DNA from: Mycoplasmoides genitalium G37
GTDB lineage: Bacteria > Bacillota_I > Bacilli_A > Mycoplasmatales > Mycoplasmoidaceae
Length of the DNA stretch: 32,000 nucleotides
Direction: 5' to 3'
Assembly (NCBI RefSeq): GCF_000027325.1
Contig: NC_000908.2
Coordinates: 240,001-272,000, forward strand
Within the stretch, counting starts at the first letter, position 1, and each line of letters opens with the position of its first letter. Under the pieces are notes generated by a model, which was not told the DNA's origin, made no database searches, and saw only the letters and a list, made by a program, of their open reading frames with translations. The translations under genes were made by a program, and so were the position numbers. Positions 10,809-18,040 of this stretch are shown here, piece by piece.

Positions 10809-10996
10809 TGCCTAAGATTGAAGTTAAAAATGATGATTTAGAGCTAGCTTTAAAAAAGTTTAAAAGGATATCACTGGAAGTACGCAGGTTAGCACAACGC
10901 CATGAATACCACTTGCGCAAAGGGATGCGGTTAAGAGAAAAACAAAAGATAGCACAGAAAAAGCGCAGGAAGTTTCGCAGTTTAGCTAGCCATTAA
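10808..10996 (+). CDS. rpsU: 30S ribosomal protein S21, 62 aa
   Basis: The product MPKIEVKNDDLELALKKFKR...HEYHLRKGMRLREKQKIAQKKRRKF is a typical basic S21 sequence. GTG start at 10808. Confidence 0.9.
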   Translation: MPKIEVKNDDLELALKKFKRISLEVRRLAQRHEYHLRKGMRLREKQKIAQKKRRKFRSLASH

Positions 10997-10997
10997 G

Positions 10998-11441
10998 ATG
11001 GATAATAAAAACCCCCAGAAACTTATTACTAGTGAATTGTTGGCAAACCACCGCTTTAATTTTGCTAAAGATGATAAAGGTGGGTATGATGCTAATGAAG
11101 TTGATGCATTCTTAGATCAACTAACCAAGACTTTAATCCACTATGAGGAGATGAAAAACAACGAACAAGAATTGAAAAATGCTTATGACAAGTTGTTTTC
11201 AGATCGTGATCAGATTTTAAGTCGTTGTGCTAAATTAGAAGCTGATTTAAACACCTTTTATGAAAATGGTTATGCAAACAAGGTGTTAATTAACCGGGTT
11301 CAGGAGTTGGAGGATAAACTTGAAAAACTACCTGATCGTTACACTGAAAAACTAGAAAGGATTGAAAAACTGTTAAAAAAGGTCATTAAACACTGAACTG
11401 ATGGGGAGGACATTAGTAACTTTGAAGATGAGTTTTTTTAA
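10998..11441 (+). CDS. DivIVA-domain protein (short GpsB/DivIVA-like coiled-coil protein), 147 aa
   Basis: The N-terminal HRFNFAKDDKGGYDANEVDAFLDQL matches the DivIVA N-domain pattern (F....GYD..EVD.FLD) and is followed by a heptad-rich segment. The track ORF ends at TGA 11394-11396; read-through adds WTDGEDISNFEDEFF* with TAA at 11439-11441. Confidence 0.75.
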
Positions 11442-11443
11442 AG

Positions 11444-11788
11444 ATGGTTGTTGGGATAGGGATTGATGTTGTGCAATTAAAGCGCTTCTTAACTTTAGTT
11501 GAAACTAGTGATTGTTTTGCTAAACGATTGTTAACTAGCAATGAACTAAACAGTTATTGAAAGCTAAACAATAACCAAAGAGCTAATTTTCTAGCAGTGC
11601 ATTGAACTTTAAAAGAAGCGATTTATAAAGCTACCAGTCACATCAAACCACTTTTCACTAAACTTGAAATTTATAAACTTAACAACCAGTACCGGTGTGA
11701 ATTTATCCAAAACATCAACCTGTTGTTATCAGTTAGTTACACTAATTGCCATGTTAGTGCTATCTGTTTAGCACAACAAAATGGATAA
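11444..11788 (+). CDS. acpS: Holo-[acyl-carrier-protein] synthase (4'-phosphopantetheinyl transferase AcpS), 114 aa
   Basis: Missing from the track because of two in-frame TGAs. Translation is MVVGIGIDVVQLKRF...NSYWKLNNNQRANFLAVHWTLKEAIYKA..., carrying the AcpS hallmarks GIGIDiv and W..KEA..KA. TAA at 11786-11788. Confidence 0.85.
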
Positions 11789-12587
11789 ACTATTTAAAAC
11801 AAGTTTTAGATTCATAATAAGGTTTTTACAAATCCTGAGTTTACCAGTTGTTTTTCCTTACTTTTTATTAAGCTTTTTAGCTTGTTTAATTACTAGTAAA
11901 AACTATGAATCACTCCCTTATAACTATCCCCCTGAAATCCGATTCAAAAAGGTGTATAGATTGGTATCAATGTGACTTTACATTAAGGGAATTAAAGTAG
12001 TGACAGTAAATGACAAGATTATCCCTAAAAAACCAGTTTTAGTGGTAGCTAACCACAAATCTAACCTTGATCCTTTAGTATTAATTAAGGCCTTTGGCAG
12101 GTTGAAAAATAGTCCACCATTAACCTTTGTTGCTAAGATTGAACTGAAAGATACAGTCCTTTTTAAACTGATGAAATTAATTGATTGTGTTTTTATTGAT
12201 CGAAAAAACATCAGACAAATTGCCAATGCATTGGAAACCCAACAACAACTAATTCGCCAGGGCACTGCTATTGCTGTTTTTGCTGAAGGGACTAGGATTT
12301 TAAGTAATGACATTGGGGAATTTAAACCAGGAGCACTAAAGGTTGCTTACAATGCTTTTGTACCTATCTTACCAGTTAGTATTGTGGGTAGCTTAGGAAA
12401 GATGGAATCAAACAAAAGGCTAAAAGAACATGGTGTTAAGAAAAGTTCAAACTATGAGGTTAAAGTAATCTTTAACAAGCTAATTAACCCAATTAGTTTT
12501 AACCAGATTGATTCTAATAACCTTGCTAATAACATTAGAAGCATTATTAGTGATGCATACACTAGTGAAAAACCAAGCAATGATTAG
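11781..12587 (+). CDS. plsC: 1-acyl-sn-glycerol-3-phosphate acyltransferase, 268 aa
   Basis: Track ORFs 11781..11975 and 12000..12587 share a frame and join through TGA 11973-11975. Acyltransferase motifs [10 protein letters not shown] (HX4D) and FAEGTR are present, with an N-terminal hydrophobic anchor. The ATG overlaps the acpS end (ATGGATAA). Confidence 0.85.
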
Positions 12588-13995
12588 TTTAATTTTTGAT
12601 AAAAGCAACAGTTTTAACCCCCAACTTTGTGTTGAACTTCTCAACCACTTTAAAGTGGTTATGCTAACTAAAACCATCGTTGTTGACTATCCCAGCTTTC
12701 AAGCATGAAAAGCACAACTCAAACCGTTTAAATTAGCAGTTTTTAGTGATAATTTGCAAACCGAATTAACCCCAAATTCAAAACTCACAGTTTTTAACAA
12801 CTACCAGCAACTTTTAGTTGATAATAATGACCTAATTATCTTTGCAACCCCCACTTTAGTTCAGCTTTTTGATAATGAGATTGACCAGTTAATAGTTATC
12901 AATCCCACTAGTAAATCTAAAGATCAGTTTAACTGTAATTGAAACGACTTTGTTTTAATTAAACAAACTAATTTCAAGAACCATCAAGTTGGTTATTTTG
13001 ATAAAAAAAGTAGTTATGAACCACCTTTCACTGTTGTTACAGACCACTTCTTTGGGAACCTAACTGATTTATTTAGTCTTTTAGTTGATAAAAAGGTAAG
13101 TGTAAATGATGTGGATATTGGCTTGATTTCCTTACAATATCTCAATATCATTGCAAATTACACCAATAAAAAAGCCATTGAAAAGATCACTGATTATCTG
13201 GTGATTACAAGCAAAATTCTCGCTAAAAAAGCAGATAATCTGCTCAATGATCATCAGGAAGAGAGTGTGTTGGAATATGATTTAGCTACTAATAACTTTC
13301 GTGATAAGATGATCGCTAACTTAGTGGAACACAAACGCTATTGTGATTCACTGGGTGAATTTGAAAAACTCAGGGTTAACCGCTTAGCTTACTTTTCCAA
13401 AGCTAATGAGATGGAGCAATTTATCAAAACAGCTAATGATCAACTTGTTACAGTTGAAGATCAACTCCCTAACTATATTAGTGTCTTAAAACTCTTTCAT
13501 GCTATGAACAAGTTACTGGAGATGAGACTCAGCTCTCTTCTAACAAATAAAAACATCACCATTAAAGAGTTATCAGTTGAACAGGTTCAAAAGGAGTTGG
13601 TTTTAGCAATCAAACAGTTTAACTACCAAACAGTTTCTTTAAAGCGGGTGTTATTAAAACTTAACCATCCTATCTCTTTAATGTATTTTGTTACTGCTTT
13701 TGTGGCACTTTTAGTGCTATTAAACAACCAGGTAATAGGTTTGGAACAAAAAGATTATCACAGTGAACTTTACATCTTTTTACTAGATGAAAACCAACTG
13801 AAAACCTTCCAAGAATCACCAGATGAAATGGTAAAAAGAATCCAAGCTCAACAACAGCAAAACGAACTGATAATTGCTAAAAACAAGCAACTAAGAGCTA
13901 TCAAAAACAAACAAAAGCGAGCTGATTATCTAAAAAAGAAATATGGTGAAAATTACTTAGATAAAACTAACTTAAAAGATGAAAACAACAATTAA
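12580..13995 (+). CDS. scpA: Segregation and condensation protein A (kleisin ScpA) with an about 147-aa N-terminal extension, 471 aa
   Basis: Track fragments 12508..12708, 12754..12942 and 13111..13995 share one frame, joined by TGA 12706-12708 and 12940-12942. ATG 12580 overlaps the plsC stop (ATGATTAG). ScpA-like sequence starts near 13021 ([42 protein letters not shown]). Confidence 0.75.
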
Positions 13996-14602
13996 TATTG
14001 CCACCCCTACCCTAAAAAAACCTAGCAAAGAAGCTAACTTGGTTGCTAGTATCTATGGGTTGTTATTTGTTTGTGGCGCGAAAGGGATCACTTTAAGAGA
14101 ACTAATTAGGATCTTTAAAAAAGCAGGGATTGAAAAGGTGAAATTAGCACTCTTAGCACTTGAAAGGAAGTTAGCAGATGATGAGCAATCAGGAGTGGAG
14201 TTGAAAAAATTTGGTAATAGTTTTTCTTTGGTAACAAAACCAATTATCAAAGACTATCTCCACTTATTATTGGCTCATAAAGTCAAAAATCCCCTTAATT
14301 CCAAAGCAATGGAAGTGTTGGCTATCATTGCTTACAACCAACCTTGCACCAGACCCAGAATTAATGAAATTAGGGGAGTTGATTCTTTTCAAATTGTTGA
14401 TGATCTAATAGCAAAAGAGTTAATTGTGGAGTTAGGGAGAACTGATAAACCAGGTCGACCTTTTATTTATGAAGTGTCAGCTAAGTTCTATGATTTATTT
14501 GGCATTGATAGCTTAGATCAACTCCCTAAGATTGAGCATTTTGATCTTGATAAATTTAAGCAAGGTAGCTTTTTTGATTCCAACCGCTATGGTGATGAAT
14601 AA
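13979..14602 (+). CDS. scpB: Segregation and condensation protein B, 207 aa
   Basis: [20 protein letters not shown] and [29 protein letters not shown]...[31 protein letters not shown] match the ScpB double winged-helix consensus. It overlaps the scpA end by 17 nt. Confidence 0.85.
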
Positions 14603-14607
14603 CCTTA

Positions 14608-14613
14608 TATAAT
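14608..14613 (+). promoter_or_regulatory. Candidate -10 box TATAAT directly upstream of pfkA (implies a leaderless or near-leaderless mRNA)
   Basis: A perfect TATAAT at 14608-14613 sits 7 nt before the pfkA ATG (14621) in the 18-nt scpB-pfkA spacer. Confidence 0.4.
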
Positions 14614-14620
14614 TTACAAC

Positions 14621-15592
14621 ATGGATAAAATAGCTATTTTAACTTCGGGTGGTGATGCTAGTGGGATGAATGCCACCATCGCTTATCTAACCAAATATGC
14701 AATTGCAAAGCAATTGGAAGTTTTTTATGTAAAAAACGGTTATTATGGCTTGTATCACAACCATTTTATCACCAGTAAGGAACTTGATTTAACTGACTTT
14801 TTCTTTATGGGGGGAACAGTAATAGGATCAAGTCGTTTCAAACAGTTTCAAGATCCTAGCTTACGAAAACAAGCAGTTTTAAACCTCAAAAAACGTGGTA
14901 TTAACAACCTTGTTGTTATTGGTGGGGATGGGAGTTATATGGGTGCTAAAGCACTCAGTGAATTAGGATTAAACTGCTTTTGTTTACCTGGTACGATCGA
15001 CAATGATGTCAATTCCAGTGAATTTACCATTGGTTTTTGAACTGCTTTAGAAGCAATTCGGGTTAATGTTGAAGCAATTTATCACACCACCAAATCCCAT
15101 AACCGCTTAGCAATCATAGAAGTGATGGGGCGTGATTGTAGTGATCTGACCATCTTTGGGGGGTTAGCTACTAATGCTAGTTTTGTTGTTACTAGCAAAA
15201 ATAGCTTGGATCTCAATGGCTTTGAAAAAGCAGTGAGAAAGGTGTTGCAATTCCAGAACTATTGTGTTGTTTTGGTTAGTGAAAACATCTATGGTAAGAA
15301 CGGTTTACCTAGTTTAGAAATGGTTAAAGAGCACTTTGAAAACAACGCAATTAAGTGTAACCTAGTTTCACTAGGACACACCCAAAGGGGCTTTAGTCCT
15401 AATAGTATCGAACTCTTTCAGATTAGTTTAATGGCTAAACACACGATTGATCTGGTTGTAAATAATGCCAACAGTCAAGTAATAGGGATGAAAAACAACC
15501 AAGCAGTTAACTATGATTTTAACACTGCTTTTAATTTACCAAAAGCTGATAGAACCAAGTTACTTAACCAAGTTAACACTGCAATTATTTAA
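14621..15592 (+). CDS. pfkA: ATP-dependent 6-phosphofructokinase, 323 aa
   Basis: ILTSGGDASGMNA, GGDGS, PGTIDND and MGR motifs. Track ORFs 14621..15040 and 15122..15592 share a frame and join through TGA 15038-15040. Confidence 0.92.
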
Positions 15593-15594
15593 CG

Positions 15595-17121
15595 ATGATT
15601 GACCATTTAAAAAGAACAAAGATAATCGCTACCTGTGGCCCAGCTTTAACAAAAAGCTTGGTTAGCTTAAAGATGCTTGATGATAATGAGTATGCAGCTA
15701 TTAAAAAGGTTGCTTATGCCAACATTGAAGCAATTATTAAAAGTGGGGTTAGTGTGATTAGGCTTAACTTCTCTCATGGTACCCATGAAGAACAACAAGT
15801 GAGGATCAAGATAGTAAGGGATGTAGCGAAAGCAATGAACATCCCTGTTTCTATTATGTTAGATACAAATGGTCCTGAGATCAGGATAGTAGAAACTAAA
15901 AAAGAGGGTTTGAAAATCACCAAAGATAGTGAAGTGATTATCAACACCATGAGTAAAATGATCGCTAGTGACAACCAGTTTGCTGTCAGTGATGCTAGTG
16001 GCAAATACAACATGGTTAATGATGTGAATATAGGTCAGAAAATCCTTGTTGATGATGGTAAGTTAACCCTGGTTGTCACAAGGGTTGACAAACAACATAA
16101 CCAGGTTATCTGTGTTGCAAAAAACGACCACACAGTTTTCACTAAAAAAAGACTTAACCTACCCAACGCACAGTACTCTATCCCTTTTCTCAGTGAAAAG
16201 GATCTGAAGGATATTGACTTTGGTTTAAGCCAAGGTATTGACTATATTGCTGCCTCTTTTGTTAATACTGTTGCAGATATTAAACAACTGAGAGATTATC
16301 TGAAATTAAAGAATGCTAGTGGGGTGAAGATCATCGCTAAGATTGAATCTAATCATGCTTTAAATAACATTGATAAGATCATTAAAGCTAGCGATGGGAT
16401 TATGGTTGCTAGGGGTGATTTGGGCCTTGAAATCCCTTATTACCAAGTCCCTTACTGACAAAGGTACATGATTAAAGCTTGTCGCTTTTTTAACAAGCGT
16501 TCTATTACTGCAACCCAAATGCTTGATTCACTAGAAAAAAACATCCAACCAACCCGAGCTGAAGTGACTGATGTTTACTTTGCAGTTGATCGGGGTAATG
16601 ATGCAACTATGTTAAGTGGGGAAACTGCTAGTGGGCTTTACCCTTTAAATGCAGTAGCGGTGATGCAAAAGATTGATAAACAATCAGAAACCTTCTTTGA
16701 TTACCAGTATAACGTTAACTATTATTTGAAAAACTCCACGGCAAATAAAAGTAGGTTTTGACACAACGTTGTTTTACCTTTAACAAAAAAGACTGTTCCT
16801 AAAAGAAAACTTGTTAACAGTGCCTTTAAGTATGACTTTATTGTCTATCCTACTAATAACATTAACAGGATCTATGCATTATCAAACGCACGCTTAGCAG
16901 CAGCAGTTATTATTTTAACCAACAACAAACGGGTTTACACTGGCCATGGTGTTGATTATGGGATCTTCTGTTATTTAATTGATAAAAACCCCAACCAGCT
17001 AACCAAAGCTGAACTGATTGAACTTGCTTGAAAAGCAATTAACCACTATCAGGCTTATGGTGATTTAGAAAAACTCAAACAGTGTTTAGCTGTCTATAAT
17101 GAAACAATTATCAATCTTTAG
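15595..17121 (+). CDS. pyk: Pyruvate kinase, 508 aa
   Basis: KIIATCGPA, RLNFSHG, KIES and MVARGDLGLEIP motifs. Track ORFs 15595..16458 and 16468..16761, plus an untracked tail, share a frame and join via TGAs at 16456, 16759 and 17029. TAG at 17119-17121. Confidence 0.92.
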
Positions 17122-17140
17122 ATAAAAATTGGTGAGAGTT

Positions 17141-17148
17141 TGTAAAAT
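17141..17148 (+). promoter_or_regulatory. Candidate extended -10 (TGTAAAAT) for the tRNA cluster
   Basis: A TG-n-less extended -10-like TGTAAAAT lies 9 nt upstream of the first tRNA nucleotide (17158). Confidence 0.4.
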
Positions 17149-17157
17149 ATTGTACAC

Positions 17158-17234
17158 GGTGCCTTAGCCAAGTGGACTCAAGGCCTGGAGCTGCAACCTC
17201 CATATCGTCAGTTCGAATCTGACAGGCACCTCCA
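17158..17234 (+). tRNA. tRNA-Cys (GCA), CCA encoded
   Basis: Acceptor GGTGCCT/AGGCACC, anticodon arm TGGAG-CT[GCA]AC-CTCCA, T arm GTCAG-TTCGAAT-CTGAC. Confidence 0.9.
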
Positions 17235-17268
17235 TGTACATGAAAGTTAACTACTCTCCATGTGCAAA

Positions 17269-17345
17269 CGGGAAGTAGCTTAGTTTGGTAGAGCACTTGG
17301 TTTGGGACCAAGGGGTCGCAGGTTCAAATCCTGTCTTCCCGACCA
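17269..17345 (+). tRNA. tRNA-Pro (UGG), CCA encoded
   Basis: Acceptor CGGGAAG/CTTCCCG, anticodon arm CTTGG-TT[TGG]GA-CCAAG, T loop TTCAAAT. Confidence 0.9.
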
Positions 17346-17348
17346 AAA

Positions 17349-17425
17349 GGCTGGATACCTCAGTTGGTTAGAGGGCCCGGTTCATACCCGGGTTGTCGTG
17401 AGTTCGAGTCTCACTCCAGCCACCA
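17349..17425 (+). tRNA. tRNA-Met elongator (CAU), CCA encoded
   Basis: Acceptor GGCTGGA/TCCAGCC with a paired 1:72, anticodon arm CCCGG-TT[CAT]AC-CCGGG. The elongator call is by exclusion against the other two CAU tRNAs. Confidence 0.7.
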
Positions 17426-17444
17426 AAGTTACTTAAATATTAAA

Positions 17445-17521
17445 GGATCTATAGCTCAATTGGTTAGAGCCCCCGACTCATAATCGGTCTGTTACAGGTT
17501 CAAGTCCTGTTAGATCCACCA
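17445..17521 (+). tRNA. tRNA-Ile2 (gene anticodon CAU, presumably lysidine-modified), CCA encoded
   Basis: Acceptor GGATCTA/TAGATCC. The D arm AGCTCA..GGTTAGAGC, anticodon arm CCCGA-CT[CAT]AA-TCGGT and T arm GGTTCAAGTCC closely resemble bacterial tRNA-Ile2(CAU) as I recall it. Confidence 0.6.
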
Positions 17522-17532
17522 CTTTGCTGTGT

Positions 17533-17538
17533 TAGAAT
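17533..17538 (+). promoter_or_regulatory. Possible internal -10 box (TAGAAT) inside the tRNA cluster
   Basis: GTGTTAGAATCA lies in the 37-nt Ile2-Ser spacer, 20 nt upstream of tRNA-Ser. The same GTTAGAAT core occurs at two other promoter-position sites in the window. Confidence 0.3.
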
Positions 17539-17558
17539 CATATTTGCCGCAATTTTGT

Positions 17559-17650
17559 GGAGACTTACCCAAGCGGCTGAAGGGTTCGGTCTTGAAAACC
17601 GAGAGGTGCTTTATAAGCACGCGAGGGTTCGAATCCCTCAGTCTCCGCCA
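17559..17650 (+). tRNA. tRNA-Ser (UGA), long variable arm, CCA encoded
   Basis: Acceptor GGAGACT/AGTCTCC, anticodon arm TCGGT-CT[TGA]AA-ACCGA, about 20-nt variable arm (GAGGTGCTTTATAAGCACGC), T arm GAGGG-TTCGAAT-CCCTC; 92 nt. Confidence 0.9.
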
Positions 17651-17663
17651 AATAATATTTAAT

Positions 17664-17740
17664 CGCGGGATAGAGCAGTTGGTCAGCTCGTCAGGCTCAT
17701 AATCTGAAGGTCGAGGGTTCAAATCCCTCTCCCGCAACCA
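17664..17740 (+). tRNA. Initiator tRNA-fMet (CAU), CCA encoded
   Basis: Acceptor CGCGGGA/TCCCGCA leaves a C1xA72 mismatch, the bacterial initiator hallmark. Anticodon loop CT[CAT]AA. Confidence 0.75.
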
Positions 17741-17741
17741 T

Positions 17742-17815
17742 GGTTCCATGGTGTAGTGATAACATATCTCCCTGTCACGGAGGGGTTGCGGGTTTGATTC
17801 CCGTTGGAACCGCCA
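17742..17815 (+). tRNA. tRNA-Asp (GUC), CCA encoded
   Basis: Acceptor GGTTCCA/TGGAACC, anticodon arm TCTCC-CT[GTC]AC-GGAGG; 74 nt. It starts 1 nt after the fMet CCA. Confidence 0.9.
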
Positions 17816-17817
17816 TT

Positions 17818-17893
17818 GGTCTTGTAGCTCAGTCGGTAGAGCAACGGTCTGAAGAACCGTGTGTCGGCAGTTCGATTCTGCCCGAGACCACCA
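17818..17893 (+). tRNA. tRNA-Phe (GAA), CCA encoded
   Basis: Acceptor GGTCTTG/CGAGACC, anticodon arm ACGGT-CT[GAA]GA-ACCGT; 76 nt. It starts 2 nt after the Asp CCA. Confidence 0.9.
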
Positions 17894-17905
17894 TTAAAAG
17901 TTTTT

Positions 17906-17932
17906 AAAAAAGCCCTAAAAAGGGGCTTTTTT
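17906..17932 (+). terminator. Rho-independent terminator after the tRNA cluster
   Basis: AAAAAAGCCC-TAAAAAG-GGGCTTTTTT: a GCCC/GGGC stem extended by A:T pairs, a 7-nt loop and a 6-T tail. Confidence 0.7.
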
Positions 17933-17991
17933 AGTGTTACCACCAATTAAAATATTTTTATAGCAAGCAGTTGCATATTTTTAATATAAGT

Positions 17992-17997
17992 TAGAAT
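17992..17997 (+). promoter_or_regulatory. Candidate -10 box TAGAAT for the terminal-organelle operon (alternative TATAGT at 18004-18009)
   Basis: AAGTTAGAATTATTGG lies 44 nt upstream of ATG 18041, with a TTGCAT -35-like hexamer at 17971-17976 (15-nt spacing, which is short). Confidence 0.4.
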
Positions 17998-18040
17998 TAT
18001 TGGTATAGTGTCTTCAGCTGTTTAATTCATATTAAAGCGC

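Noticed and set aside
11978-12708. ORFs 11978..12313 (-), 12480..12677 (-) and the 12508 start of the plus-strand fragment
   Set aside because: The minus-strand ORFs are antisense to plsC and scpA and lack recognisable features. The 12508 start is an out-of-frame stretch of the plsC 3' end, and the real scpA start is the in-frame ATG at 12580.
14144-14160. TTAGCACTC TTAGCACT, which resembles CIRCE half-sites, inside scpB
   Set aside because: It is a direct repeat, not an inverted one, and there is no GAGTGCTAA partner. It lies mid-gene, where it simply encodes KLALLALE.
17111-17946. Minus-strand ORFs 17111..17311, 17510..17749 and 17719..17946
   Set aside because: They lie antisense to the tRNA cluster, which is GC-richer, stop-poor structured RNA. 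The tRNA cloverleaves fully explain the region.
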